DNA from: Octopus vulgaris | Taxonomy: Eukaryota | Length of the DNA: 64,000 bases | NCBI GenBank assembly: GCA_951406725.2 | Contig: OX597817.1 | Coordinates: forward strand, 64,976,001 to 65,040,000 | Direction of reading: 5' to 3' | Part shown: in pieces, positions 27,893-43,712 of the stretch | Layout: each line of letters starts with the position of its first letter | How positions within the stretch are numbered: position 1 is the first letter of the stretch | Notes under the pieces: generated by a model | Databases searched by the model: none | What the model saw: only the letters and a program-made list of their open reading frames with translations | Told to the model about the DNA's origin: nothing | Made by a program: the position numbers and the translations under genes

Positions 27893-28196
27893 TCATATAT
27901 AGATACACACTTTCATGTACCTACATTTTCAATTTTTACAATTTTTTAAACACAAATTTGCATTTCATTCAATGTTCTTTTTCAAACTTTTCTAATGCAT
28001 TAGTTCTGGTGTGCGAGGGTTGTATATAATATTCATCAGAGCCAGTATTGTATGCATTAACTAGTTATTTATGTGATTCAAGCAAATTTAATTACCTAAG
28101 TAATCTTCCTAACCTTTGCAATTACAGATCTGATCAAACACACACACACACACTCGAACATAAGCACGCACTCACACACGCATTTGCAAACGCACT

Positions 28197-28257
<61 letters not shown>

Positions 28258-29796
28258 ATATATATGTGTGCGTGTATATACTTATATGTATGTATCTATG
28301 TATATATGTATATATATATGTATATACGTATATATGTATACACACACATACATACATACATATACGTTCACACACTTTAGTAACGAACTGCAAAAAGGAA
28401 AATTCAGCACTAGGAAGATGGATAAACAAATCTTTTTGAAACAATTTATGTTAAATTTCTGCAACACACGATTTTATTACGAGGAATGTAATTTTTTCAA
28501 TCAGAATTCAAATCCCGAACGACTTCGCCCCCTATGTACGTGGCTACAATGGTGGAATGTGAGATACAATAGCAGAGCGTTATTTGGAACTTGAATCCTG
28601 ATTTAATAAATACTGATTTCGTTAGCATGAAACCTTGGGTTCCAGAAATTTATATTTTAATTTGAAAGTTTGAAAAATTAACTATTAATTAGGTAATTTT
28701 ACTTCAAAATATCAAAAAATAATACATCATTTTGTTTTGGAACTTCAGTTTCTAGTTTAAGATAAGTTTGAAAATAAAAGTTATAGGATAGTTTTCATTC
28801 ATTCTTTAAGTTCATTATGACAAATAAAACACATGTAAAACATGAAAATACTATTATGATATAGCAAAGAAAAATTCGAAGAATTCTTCCTTATGATTAT
28901 TGCCTTAGGGTGGCATGTTAATGGGATAACATGTTCTTTGTTGTGTGCTGCATTTTAATGTTTGTGAATGGTTCTACTTGTCCATGGTCTTATGCGTATG
29001 TCAAGAAAGGCATTGTGTAGCGTTTGCTCTATTTCAACATGTAAATATTATACTCTTAAGATTTTATGAATGTGCTCTGTTCTGTGCGTTTGTTTTACAA
29101 ATATTGCATAAGACAGGTTGATAGCTTGAAAGAGTGATTGAGTGAAACAGAATTAAATAGAAAAAAAAAATGAAAACAAAAAAAAATCCACTGATAATTT
29201 CTGAAAAAAATAATCGCCAAACAATGAAATAATAAATACTAAGAAAATACTAAAAAAAAAACCCAACACATTTTTCTCTTATTTTTTTCCCCTCATTCCA
29301 ATATATTGTTGTCTGTTGTAACCACCATGGTTTCAAAGTCTGTCTCGTCATTCGTTACTTGTCACGCCTTCCATTATTTCGATGTCTGTTCAGTGAATTT
29401 CTGTTTTTGCTTCTTTTTATACTTTTTGCTTCGTATTCATATAAATCATGTAATTAATGCTGTCTTCTAATATATTGTAACTTTAACTAGCAGAATATTC
29501 ATGAGCTATATTTATGTATATATATATGTATATGTATGCGCGCGCATGTGTGTGAACCGAGAGCTTAATTATAAACTAATTACAATTTTAGACTATTGAT
29601 TAAAGACTTTCGATCCCTCCAGTTTATTTTACTTGTTGCTTCAACAAAATATGGAAATATCATTGCTATCGTATATCTCCACACGATTTTCATATTCAAG
29701 CATAAACAAGGTATCACTATTAACTATGAACAACATTTAATTAGGCTTCATTCAATCAGATGACTTTAAACTTTATAATAATTACTATTATTATTA

Positions 29797-29863
<67 letters not shown>

Positions 29864-30993
29864 TATTAATATTATTAATATTTCAAGGGTGATAGAGTGA
29901 CACAGATAAGAGATTCTCTGTCAAAATACCTTGCAGTATTTTATTATGCCCCTTTACGTTCTCATTTCAAATACCGCTAGGAATCTACTCTGGAGGTCGA
30001 TAAAATAAGCATCAGTCAATTACTGAAGAGGGCGAGTTGATTCAAATAAGCTACATAGCTCACATTAAATGTAACAGTGAACCATTGTAAAGAAATTTGC
30101 ACTATATCATTTCTTTTCTACATTTAATATCATTTAATATAATTTCTTTTCTATATTTAATATCACTAATCCGTATTTTTTAAATGAATTTCTTTGTAAT
30201 GTGAGAATGAAAATTTCCACAACAATGTGGCGAAATAACTACTTTTTCTTTTATCCCAAATCGCATTCTTCTTTAATAATTTGAAATATAATTGAAAACC
30301 GAAAATTGAAAATTAAAAAAAATATTCTCCCAAAAATCCGAAAATTTCAAAAGAGAAAACGAAAAAGAAAAAAGAAGTCAAGAGTGCCTAAGGAAATGAC
30401 TTAGAATCTATTACGTCACCATTAATCATTCTTAAAATATATTCTCTTTCAAAGAACTTCATGTCTTAAATTTGCTTCTTTATTAATGATATAACATTTA
30501 AAAGAAAATCAGAAAATATTTTATGTACCCTATTTATCATTACGTATGCGATTCAAAAACAAAACAATAAAAATTACAAAAAAAGAAAAGAAAAGAAAAA
30601 ATGGAATAAAATGCAGTCGGGTGTGATTTTGTAAACATTCAATTTTTAACTTTCGCTTTGAAATTAATAACCAAAAACGCAAATAAGAGAGAAAAGAATC
30701 CAATTAATACATTCACCATTTTAAAAAATAAATGCACCCTGTTTAATTCTTTTGTATCCTTATAAATTTATGTGTACGATTTTAAAGTTTCTGTTTATAC
30801 AAATGATGTTCTTGAGCGTGAGAACAAATACATCCCCAAAATGACCTAAAGTAGTGAAAACTTTGGAGGCGAATATATAAATATAATTGAACAGTAGTTT
30901 TAGGTTTAGAATGTTTTGGTAGTTCTGATCTCTTCAAGGCTTGAAATCAAAATGACCTGAGCAGATTTCATAAACCTTTAAACTATTGCTTTC

Positions 30994-31045
<52 letters not shown>

Positions 31046-31163
31046 TTATACATATACATATACGTACATAATATATATATATATATGTATGTATATATGT
31101 GTGTGTGTGAGTGTGTGTGTGTATGTGTGTGCGTGTGTATACATCTGTGTATATATATATATA

Positions 31164-31209
<46 letters not shown>

Positions 31210-32047
31210 GTATGCATATACAAATATAATATATATGTGTATATATATACATATATAATATACCTTATAGTTCGACATTTCGTTTTCATCACATATCTTG
31301 CTGGCTTGTTTCCAAGCTAGCTAGCTAGCTCTGTGTTTATTCGAGGAGACAATGACCGAAATTAATTAGAATAAAGTCTTCATGTACATTTACCTCCTGC
31401 CAACGTTTCCATTACCCTCCACCTTGGCACGATGCTGTTTATGTAATCTTGATATGTTACACTTGATCATTTTATTATACACTTCTCTCAGAATTTTGAA
31501 TATTGTATGTATACCTGTGCATATAAGCGCGCGTTACTACACACACAGACACACACACACACACTTGTATATACGACACAAAGTTTTCTTGAAGTTTTTT
31601 TTTGTTTCCATGTATATTCTTTTGTTCAACAGATTACTAAATTCTCATCAGAATAAATATGAATAAAAATTATTTACAATAATCCAACTTGATTATTATA
31701 AAATCTATAGATCATTCGAAGAAAGTTTTTTTTTTTTACCTCAACAACGTATCTTACGCAATATTCAGTCATTGCGTAAGATATATTTTATTTTATCGCC
31801 CGTCTCATCCCCACTTACGTCATAAAAAACATGAGAGTCATGCTTAAAAAACATGAGAATATTCCATTTAGCAGGAACATTTATATCATTCCGTGATATT
31901 AAATTTAATTACATGAAATTATCTCCCTTTATAGTTAACAGTCGCTAATAATTACCATAACATTTTTGTTTTCATTCTCCAACTAGAAGACAATTTTCAA
32001 CGCATGGAGAATGTATGGTGTACTCCATCAATTAAATCACTACTTAC

Positions 32048-32106
<59 letters not shown>

Positions 32107-32215
32107 GTTGCTTCCATTTCTTCGAGTGTGAAAATAATTTTGATCCATGAATTTATTAATCCTGTCTTGTTGCCTTTTTTGGTTCGTCATTTCTCTCCCT
32201 CCACCTATATGTACA

Positions 32216-32350
<135 letters not shown>

Positions 32351-32829
32351 TCATATAGATATATGCATATGCCTATTTACGTGTGTGTGTGCGTGTGTGT
32401 GTGTGCATGTGTGTGTGTGTGTGTGTGTACGTGTTCCCTGTGTATTGTAATTTTTCTTGAATGTCATTAAAAGTGTATAACAGCTGCTCCATCTATAGAC
32501 ATTTGCAGATGGAATAGCAGCACCTGCATCAGCAACTACACCTGTATTGTCAATGACAAAAATGTATAGACAGCAACAGCAATAACAGTAACAACATAAA
32601 GACGACCGCCAGAACAACAAATATAAACCAACGAGCCATCTTCATGATGTCTCTCAAACTGTTAGAAATAGTAGCGGAAACTCATTCAAATCACACCCTA
32701 GTGTGTTGAATAATAAAGAATGGATACATTACATAGTTCAGTCCAATAAATGCAATGGTCACAAACGGAGTATTTTTGATTATAAGTATACTCCAACAGG
32801 TTAGATTTGAGCTTAAACAACAACAAAAT

Positions 32830-32922
<93 letters not shown>

Positions 32923-33047
32923 CTACTACTACTACTACAATTGATAGTTTTGACGATAGCCCAAAGAGAATGAATTTCAATAATTACGTCTACTTTTAAA
33001 TTTACATTAATAACAAAAGAAGAATACACAACTGCTGTAATAATTGT

Positions 33048-33712
33048 TTCAAATTTTGGCACAAGGCTAACTGTTTTAGGGGATGAGTCTAGTCGATTAC
33101 ATAGACTCCAGTACTTAACTGGTATTCTATCTTATCAACCCCGGAATGATGAAAGACAAAGTCGATCTCGGCGTGATTTGAACGCAAAACGTAAAATCTC
33201 AGAAGAAATATTACCTACCATTTTGTCCAAGGCACTTGCCACCTTAGGAGCAGCAGTGATAATAGCAAAAAATAAAAAGGAAGTATCATGTTATAAGCTG
33301 GCATAATCGTCGGACAAAATGCTTAGCTGTATTTCTTCCGGTTCTGTATATTCTGAGTTCAAATCTCGCCGAGGTTAACTTTGTCTTTTATCCTTTGGGA
33401 TAGATAAAATAAGCACTAGTCAGGCTGTAATAACTTGCTCCTTCCCTCAAAGATGCTGCCCTTGTGTCAAGATTAGAAAGAATTATTAAAGGCGGTGAGT
33501 TGGCAGAACCGTTATCGCCTCGGACACCATGCTTAGCGACTTTTCTTCCGACTCTTTACATTCTAAGTTCAAATATCGTCGGGGTCAACTTTACCTTTCA
33601 TCCTTTCGGGGTCGATAGAATAAGCACCAGTAGAGCACTGGGGTCGATGTAATCGACTAACTCTGTTTTCCTTAAAAATTGCTGGCCTTGTGCCAAAATT
33701 TGGAACCATTCT
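33048..33712. mobile_element. Cluster of three SINE family A copies (33048-33240 -, 33297-33482 +, 33490-33712 +)
   Basis: Family core recognisable in each; the first copy is inverted relative to the next two. Confidence 0.75.
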
Positions 33713-34325
33713 TATTATTGTGTTGAGTGTTGCAGAACAGAGGACAATTCCCATGCAAGCATCCTTGATTCAAGATGGCGGCCATTTTATCACACCGTTT
33801 CACGTACTTTGGAAATGTTATCATCAAAGGCATGAATGTCACAAACATTGAATTTCTCTTGGTTTTAAAGTTAAATATGTCATTGTTCGTGTTAAAAGTC
33901 ACATTATCCGACCTTAGCTTCTTTGTTTTAGCTATTTTACCCAAAGTTTTACTACTATCACCACAACCACTACAGCAACCAAAACTACCTCCACTACCAC
34001 AACTACCACCACGGCCATAACAACCACAACTACCTCATGCACCACAACCAACAACCACCTCCACAACTACGACTGCAGCAACCACCCACCATCAGATCAA
34101 CAAGAGCATTACAGATACACTAGAGATACCGTTACAGATCTCTAGAAGACCACCACCTTAAGAAACATCAGAAACATCTCACATACATATATATACATGC
34201 AAACAGGAACCAAAACAAGTACACTTTTCTGTCATGACATAAAAAAAACTGAATTCTATTTGTAATAGTTGTGGTAGTAGTAGTTGTAGTATGTGTATAT
34301 ATATATATACATATACATACATACA

Positions 34326-34470
<145 letters not shown>

Positions 34471-34536
34471 TATATACATATATCTATATATATGTACATA
34501 TATATGTGTGTGTTTATATGTATGTGTATATACATA

Positions 34537-34613
<77 letters not shown>

Positions 34614-35097
34614 GCATATGCAGTGATTTGTGTACGTGCATATGTATGTGTGTGTTTGCGTGTGTTTGTCTGGGTCTCATATACATTGCTGTTTTTATCA
34701 AACATTCAAAAACTGAAACAAGTTGGTCCATATTAGTTTTTAGAAATCTGTGGATGGAGTCACTGCGGTACTGTATCAAAAAGTACAGCACACCCACTAA
34801 CTGTGTTGGACAAAACTACGCTTTGACATTTGATATTTAGGCATACGAGACCTGCATGTTACGTAAGAGAAAAAAGTTGTAACTTTCATGCCTTTGCAAA
34901 ATCGCTAAGAGCATAATGTGAAGTAAAATGCGATAACTAGAAATAAGAATATGGGTTGGAATGGAAATGAACCTTTCAATAAAGCAGCACTCAACGTCAT
35001 TACGAATTTCAGCAATCTGGTACTGCTTTCATTATTTTGGCTGCATAAATAATCACTCGATACGGACATCAGACTATTAAAACCGAATTGAAAAACC

Positions 35098-35161
<64 letters not shown>

Positions 35162-35392
35162 CTCTCTCTCACACACACACACATGTGTGTGTGTGTGTGT
35201 GTGTATGTATATATATATATTCACATAAATACATACACATATACATGTATATATTTTTACATAAATATATATCTGTATTTATATCTATAGATACTGATAT
35301 ATGTAAACATTCATATATGTGTGTGTGTGTGTGAGGATGTGCATGTATAGTTATCTGTGATTCTATCTATACATCTACATTTATATGTTGAT

Positions 35393-35466
<74 letters not shown>

Positions 35467-36960
35467 GCAAACACACACACACACATCACTTTCCTGATGG
35501 TTTATTGAGTGTTGTTTAAATCAATGAAGAGACTGCAATGGCGCTTATCGTAAATATGTGAATAATGTGTTATCTTGTGAATAGATATATGCTATGTATG
35601 TATGTATGTATGTATGTATGTATGTATGTATGTATGTATGTATGTATGTATGTATGCATGTATGTATGTATGTATGTATGTATGTATGTATGTATGTATG
35701 TATGTATGCATGCAAATGAAAGTGGCAACTAGCACTTTAGTCGGAGTTACATATATTATTTAATAATTGGTTGATTTTGATATATGTATGTGTGTGGTTA
35801 TATGTGTGTGTGTGTGTGTGTGCATGTGTGTGCCTGCGTGTGTGTATCTATATGTGTGGCTGCATACAACAATATGAATAAGCGCATATATTGTGAACGA
35901 GACTAATATTTGAATATTATTGAATGTTGTGTAGTTTAGCATATATTATTTGCTTTATGCGGTTTTCTAATCAGTACTAGTAATATATTGTGTTACATAG
36001 TCAAAACAGTCCATAACAGTACACACTTTAGCCCTAGCAGTTTTATCACCATTACTATTATTCTATATCACCACTGTAGATTTATACATTTCTACTGGCT
36101 TTCTCAAGATAACACAAGAAAAGCTTGCTTTAGTTTTCTCTCGTTGACACAACACTGTCTACTTTATCTTAGTATAATTTTTCCTGTAGAGAATATCATT
36201 ATATATTTGTTACACATTGCTGCACCTTTCTTCTCTCGCAATCTCGCAAATAATGAAAAATAAAAGAAATTCAGTTTTTATCTCTCGTTATATATAAAAT
36301 GAACCTCTCCTTTTAACATACGTTTGTGTTGTCTTTGTCATAATATGTAGTTCAAATTGAACAAATGCATTGAGCAGCTTTACCCGCGTAGTTTGAAGAG
36401 ATGCCTCTCTCCCTGTATATTGAATTAGTCTTTGTCATCGAATGTAGTTCAATTCATCGATGTTGTTTGTAATGCATGTTGGTGTTGTCTGTAACTTACA
36501 CTTATTTTGTATATTATATACATGCATGAATAGTTGATAAACACTGTTTATGATGATGATAAAAAAAAAATAATAATAGTGATCTTAATAATGTTTATTA
36601 TTTCGCTGATTATTTTCAATAAATTTGTTCTTCATTCGTGAAACTTGTGTTTGTGTCATCATTGCATATGTGCATGTTTGAAGGGGATTTTCTTCGTTAA
36701 ACAGTTTAAAAACAAAACAAAACAAGAAAAGAATACAAAGTTGTTGATCTTGTTGTTGCTGATGATGTTGATAATAATGTTGATAGCAATGGTATGTTGA
36801 TGTTTGTATTATTGATGTTGTTGTTTAAGTCTAAATCAGTCCTGATCAAGCTGATATATGATCAAAGAAGTTCCAGCCACCACCATTCCGTCTTTTGTAT
36901 ATCAGGGACTACATTTCAGAAACATTAGAGAACTTCAAATAAAACCAATCATTACTTTTA

Positions 36961-38423
36961 ACTAGCAAATCTACCCATCTACGATGGAGGCATAAAATGA
37001 GAGAGGGAAGTATTGAGAAATGTGTAAATGGAGTTGATAGATTATTGGGTGATGTCTTAGAGAAATCACATTATTGTCGGTGATACAACATTCCTATTGC
37101 AGCTATATGACGTGGTTGCGACTAAGTGACATGTGATGACGATTCACTCCCGAACAAAAATAGGCTCCCAGCCTCTGTATCATGAATGGTTATGTGGACC
37201 AGTCCTAGCGAAAGCCAAAGCTCCCTTCGACCCCTTCATAAATACGATATTTAGATATACTTTAATTTTAGTTGTTTACACTATTTTACGCTTGTTTATA
37301 CTCTTGTACATTCAAAGTTCACAAATTTACTTATTTAAATTATGAATCCTATTCCTTTCGATAATATCAATATGATTACAAAACTTCTTTGTAGAAGATA
37401 TTTTCTGTTTGGTCGACACTAATTTTCAAATTACTGGAGTCCGTTGCTCTACTCATAGTGACGTATAACCCGGAGCGGCTAAAAATACATCTACACGATC
37501 TATATAGTCTGGCCCTGTGCCTTGTTTGCCGTGAATGCGCGAGCAGAATCTTTAGGGTTGCAAAAAATCAAACTAAGACTTACCTCTCACTGTTCTATGC
37601 GAATAATGTCTGGATGTTCTGGTACCATGGGTTATTTTGATTGACAAAACTGAGATTTAAATAACAGCCGCTTCGATTAGCTGTTTCGAATCCTGCTCAA
37701 GACTGACACACCCCAATAACCACTAAATAATCACAAACACTATATACTGACACACACTTTTTACATTTTATTTTCGCTATTAACCGTCCTCGCCACCCAC
37801 TTCGCATCTACGACAGGGCTACGAACAAGATGATGAAAATCCAGAGTTACTCGTGGTCGGTGAATTTTTTAATAAAAATGCGAAGGTGGTTTATCAATTC
37901 AAAAATCGATACCCACGAAATAATCATACTTTCTGATTTGTTAATGCTAAAAACCTTTCTGACGACCATCTTTGTAATCCCGAAAAATATCGTAACCATT
38001 TGTCCAGCTTTCTGGCTGTGAAGAGAGAATAGACAAAGAGACGGACTGACAGACGGACATAACGCCCATTATAATAAGATAGCAAATCTACCCATTCACA
38101 ATGGGAAATAAAGGGAAGTATCGTGGATCTAAGCTCTCTAAATTCATGAACTATAAGGGGTGTGAAGAGAGAGGAGGAAATCCAGAGTTAATCCTCGTCG
38201 CCGGAATTTTAACTAAAAAAAAATCAAAGGTAATTTATTAATACAAAACTCAATATCCGCCAAATAACCATACCTTTTCACAATTTTTTCGTTAAAAACC
38301 CTCTCCTAATTACCTTCTTCGTAATCCTGAAAAACACCGTGACCATTGGTTCAGCCGTTTGACCGTGAAGAGAGGACAGACAGACGGACCGACGGACGGA
38401 AATAACGCCCATTATAGTAAGAT
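36961..38423 (+). mobile_element. Head-to-tail tandem pair of non-autonomous Helitron/Helentron-like elements (36961-38080 long, 38080-38423 short)
   Basis: Both start TAGCAAATCTACCCAT and share an about 245-bp 3' block (aaatccagagtta...GACA/GACG microsatellite...aacgcccattata.taagat). No TIR or TSD seen. The class assignment is inferred. Confidence 0.55.
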
Positions 38424-39719
38424 AAAATAGGTATATCATAGTGCGCGCGCACACACACATGTGTATGTTCACGTAATACTTTTCAAGGTATACTACAACA
38501 TTTTCACAATATCACAGCAAGCAAAACTTTCATAGAAAAAAGCAAAACGGTCATCATGTTTGTTCAACGCAGAGTAAGAAAAATCAAGCGCACAAAGATA
38601 CACAAAATCCATTGGGGATGATATTAGGCCAATTTTGGTCCTCGTTTTTGTAAAAATAACACAGCAAACCACAAAGAACACAAATCAATATTTCCCATTG
38701 TTATAAGTTTTGTATAAACCATAGCCACTCATACATCACCTTCACAATGAAAGACGAAAAAATGTTCCCAATGTAACATCATTTGGAAATGTGATGCACG
38801 CAGTTTGTTTCTACGGGAAATAGCAATCCACAAAATCCCATTTTCTATTTCGTTTCTCACATGCATAGGCACATCTACAACATCCCAGAACACTACTATA
38901 TCATAATACTACACGCAAAAGGAAATATACGTAAAGCTAGTTGAAACACTAGCAAATTTATTAGTTCCCAATACTGCTGAGGTGCACGTAATCAATGACA
39001 CGCACATTGGAAGAACTGTAACGCTTCAAACGAATGACATTTCCTCGCTTTTATTGTGGACATCACCAGAAACTATCATCTTTAAAAAAAAAAACATTGT
39101 AGAATATATTCCTATATATATTGTGTCTAAAAAAAGAAAAGAAAAAGACGAGATAGTTATGACTGGAACTCCTTCGATGAAATGTCTACTCGATCAAGTC
39201 TAATCTAGAGCTAAGCAAATGCTACGAAAAGAACAAACATAAAAAAAGAATAGAGGAAATACACTCGGCATTAATTAGGCAGATTGTAATATGTCCGGGC
39301 TGCCACACCGTACAGCATAAGATAAATTACTGTATGTTAGAATGCATAGTCTGATACTCAAGTAGTAATTAGTTGGCCTGAAAAGAAAAGGCCAAGATAA
39401 GCCCAGAATAAATGTGAAATGCAGAACTCCATTCAAACTACCAATTAAGTATTTTTGTAATTAGAACTAAATGCATATGATTTCCATATAGGTTATGGAT
39501 ACGCGCGTCTATATGTAGTGTACATAATGTACTTTAAGGATAGCAAAATGGAATAGATGAATTAGAATACTTTGAATAAACGGTAACTGCAAGGAATTAT
39601 ATCAAAAATCTATGTAAGAAAATATACTGTAATTTTATTTTGTATTCAGATTTTCCACTCAGAAATAGTCATCACTTCTTTACATTAGAAAATGCTTTTC
39701 ATAATTTTCATAATTGGCA

Positions 39720-42330
39720 AATTAATCAATTACTCAAGAAAAATCAAGCAATTTTGCCTTTTCAGTATGCATGTTTAAAAGATTCTGGCACAATTGCGGA
39801 CCGATTATGACTTAATTTCGTTGCAGGACAATGAAATTTTTCTCACTAGAAACTTCCGTTGCTGGCAATGACAGAAAAATTCACAACGCGATGAGAACAT
39901 TTGATAAAACGTAGTACAATATCAATTTGGCTATTCGATTATAAATTTTCTTCGCTAAAACATCATCGACTTTGAAATTCCTATCAGAAATTCTTTTAAA
40001 AAGAAGCATTTTCATCACACCAAAACTGATTAACTCTTTGTAAAAAAAAAAACAAAAACAAAAAAAAAAAACTCATTCGCATCTAACCGCTAAAAGTGCC
40101 GCAACCTTCAAAAAGCCCGCAGATGTCCCTGACTGCAGGGAAGACCATCGATAATAAAGTCAATTAAGAATACATTAATTAAAAAGCAATTTTCGGCATC
40201 ATCTCCAAATAGCAAAACTCTTTAAAACCAAATTTTTATTGAAGCATTCAAGCATAATTTCTCTCTGTTTCAGGATATCTTCCTGTAGTTGATTCCATGG
40301 ATTACAGTAATAACTTTATCCAAACTGTTGGCATTGGTCCACTTTCAAAGATATCCGATTAAATTTTGATACTCCGTACATCAGATTCCAAAACCATTGT
40401 CTAATATACCATGCAATTGGTCTAACACATTCAATAGTCAATGATATTGTATGCAATAGTGGGCAGGAAGGTGTTCTTTCAGTATCCTCTACCCTGGTTA
40501 CTTGAACTGAAAATATTGAGCCTTTTCTGTAGAGAACCTGATTCGGAATATGTTTTTCATGACTAAAGAAAATGCAGTCTCCATTCTTTTTCTTTACGAT
40601 AACCAGTACACTGCTCTACTTTACAACCATATTGGCGCCATTATCATTGGCTTGTCCCACACAAACTTCAAATGAAGTTTAAGATTTTCACTGTAATTTA
40701 TTCAGCCATCATTCTAGAAAATTCATGAACGCAATTGAACATATATGATTGAAACATTAATATCGCCACTATTTTTCGTATTTGGTTATGTGAGAACAGC
40801 CGCTCGATTTTTTGTAAAAATGATCCACTGATTTTAACGAAGTCACTTCTGTATAAATTGATATGAGGGTTGTACCTAAAGTAATGCAAAAATGGATACA
40901 ACTTTTTAATTAAATGACGTGGGTAGTTCAAATTGCACATGTTTGTGGAGTAGCTTTAGCTCTATACTAAGGTGCTTTTTAAAGTAGTTGCGCCATCCTT
41001 GAACCCAACTCACGAATCATTTTTGAAAAATGCTCATGTTTGCCCTGTTGCACCTACTTCTTCATAACCACTTTCACCTCTTCTGTGTCATTAAATTGTT
41101 GTCCTTGAAGACTATCCTTCTTCGGAACTAACAAACAGAAATCGCAAGGCGCTAGATACGACTAAATAGAGAACGGGGGACATCTGATCAATCCAATTTA
41201 CCAATTACCTAATAATTTGTCAAAAATGTTTGCGATCGCGTATTGTTATGATGAATACGGATAGTTATCAGATCCGTGTTCAGTTTTTTTCCCTTAATGG
41301 ATTATATAAATTTTCCTCCAAAACAGTCATTATAACTTTCTGTGTTGATCGCAGACTTTTGAACTACTTAGGTTATGGAGCTTAGGTGTGACGCCAACCC
41401 GTAGACAAAACTGTTCCTTTCCGGATTATAAAGATACATTTACGTTTCATACCCTGTCACCAGATTGAGAAGTAGGTGTCTTCGTTAGCTTCAAATGCTT
41501 CCAGCAGATGAGAGCAAACTTTTATCTTCCTCTCCCTCAATTCAGCTGTCAGCTACCGAGGTACCTCTTTGGCACACACCTTCCGATAACCAAAGTCTTC
41601 CACCATCTTTTGTAATGAAGTGTGACCACAATCCAGTTGAGCAGTTACCTCATGGATTGTGACTCATCAATTCGCGCGAATCAATTTTTCCAACCACTGA
41701 GCGCTTGGTCTTCAATACTGGTTTCCTATTCTTTAAACTTTTTCATCCATCTGTTCATAATGCTCTTGTCATCATAATGTTCTTGTCCGTAAACAATCTG
41801 TAGCCTTCCGTGAATGCTGGATACTCTGCACCTCACCTTCATCAAAAACTCAATGATGGCACATTACTTCTGCTTGGAATCATTTGTTTGCTATGAAGAC
41901 TTAATATGGAAAAAAAATTATTCTACCAACATTTGCAATTGAAACAATCTGTGTGAATCAATAAAAAACGGATGTCCACTTTTGCAGTAGAGCCCTCATA
42001 AATGATGTACTTGGGTTTTGTTTCATTCTCCTATTTTATTTGATTAGAAGTTCAGTTATATCTCCAAAACTTCCAATATAGCACTCACAAATTTACCCTG
42101 AAGAACTATGGAAAGTGACCCCAGCGTCTCTGACAAAACAAGTCAATATCATGATCTAGCCAGCAATATAATTGTCTTCTAACATTGAAACAACTCTCAT
42201 TGCTGCTTTACTCATTGCTTCATTTTATAAATTATAGTTTTCTTTCTGCAAGTAAGAATTTTCATGACTTGAAGTACACTTCATTAATATTCTTCGCCCT
42301 TTCCCAATACTCTATTCCTGATGATAGAAT
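39720..42330 (-). mobile_element. Decayed hAT-type transposase, interrupted by a mariner
   Basis: Minus-strand pieces in the expected order: SHENS, GVTFHSS...GSFGDITELL, then (after the mariner) VCVGQANDNGANM (cf. GQxYDNxANM) and FLSLPATEVSSEKNF (cf. hAT dimerisation LPxTSASxERSFS). Confidence 0.6.
40864..41998 (-). mobile_element. Decayed mariner transposon, TA-flanked
   Basis: Ends TA|TGAGGGTTGTAC and GTAGAGCCCTCA|TA. Minus-strand motifs SIHGRLQIVYG, KVCAKEVPR*LT, LVTGYET, IHHNNTR and LAPCDFCL. Confidence 0.75.
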
Positions 42331-42639
42331 AATATATTTATATTAAACGAGATATTGTCCTTGATAAACAAAAAATAAAATGTACAATACAGTGATTACT
42401 TCTTCGACGTCACACAACCAGTATCGTTATCATTTATATATCACGGCATTTTAAAACGTTACTGTAAAACGCACAATTTGGAAATGCATGACTAGCCTTA
42501 TGCTTATGAACATCACTTTATATTTCTAAGAGCTAAGCTTTTAGAAATGATTAAGCAACAATCTTATTCTTATTGATAAGTTCAACGTCGATATGATGGG
42601 GACTTTTTTAAAGTTGTGGACTATTTATTATTATTATGA

Positions 42640-43030
42640 ATGTTTCTTCTCTCAATTTTGTTTCCATTCCTTGCTGAGTGCCTTCCCGACGCTTAGGGTA
42701 AATATCATCATTATTATTATTTCTTTTTATCACAAGTTTTGTTGGAACTCCTGGAATCTTGCATGCGTAGTAGGCTTGCTACCTGCAGCCTACGGTACCA
42801 TGCTATCCGTTCTTTTCAGCTATCTAGTACTTTCTTGATTATTCTGGCTGTGCGAAGGAGGGAAACCTTTCGTAACAGTTCTAGTGGGCACTCTTCCAAT
42901 TTCTTTGATATTCCACTTAATGCTTTCTGATACTGTTCCCAAGGACCCAACAATAATTGGCACTATCTTTCCCGTCTTCACTTTCCATAACCGGGCTATT
43001 TCGTACTTAAGAAGGTTGTATTTATCTATT
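42640..43030 (-). mobile_element. R4/Dong-like LINE 3' fragment flanked by TTA/TTC repeats
   Basis: Minus strand encodes KIVPIIVGSLGTVSE...VPLELLRKVSLLRTARIIKKVLD, the C-terminal motif of REL LINEs. Confidence 0.65.
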
Positions 43031-43084
43031 CTTCTTCTTCTTCTTCTTCTTCTTCTTCTTCTTCTTCTTCTTCTTCTTCTTCTT

Positions 43085-43183
<99 letters not shown>

Positions 43184-43194
43184 GTTCTTGTTTT

Positions 43195-43618
43195 AAAATG
43201 AAATATGGTCCGTTGTCTTCTGCTGAACCGAGGTCATCCCTTGACCCTAGGGTCACAGCAGGTCCTCATCTCATGGAGAGTACACGGCGTAAAATGTGTG
43301 CGGAACCCAGCAACATTGTTTTCTGAAGTTCTCCCACGTTAACACTGCAAGGGAATTTGTTGAGCTGCTTATCAAGGCCCTTTTTAATTAGCCTTAACGC
43401 TCCAATCTCCACTGGTGCTGTGCTGTTTTTCATTCCTCACATATTGGTCACTTCTATTTCTAGGTCTTTGTACTTAAATAACTTCTCAACTTCTTTAATG
43501 GACACATTTCTCTCTGATGGTACTGTCACATCTTTCATTAAGCATTTCTTGTACTTCCTATCTTTGATGATTATGTCCGGCTTGTTTGCCTTGATTTCTT
43601 TATCGGTGTTGATTGGCA

Positions 43619-43620
<2 letters not shown>
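43195..43620 (-). mobile_element. R4/Dong-like LINE 3' end (REL endonuclease) embedded in (TTA)n
   Basis: MPINTDKEIKANKPDIIIKDRKYKKCLMKDVTVPSERNVSIKEVEKLFKYKDLEIEV (PD..D..K motif), then ELQKTMLLGSAHILRRVL. Long TAA arrays on both sides. Confidence 0.85.
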
Positions 43621-43712
<92 letters not shown>

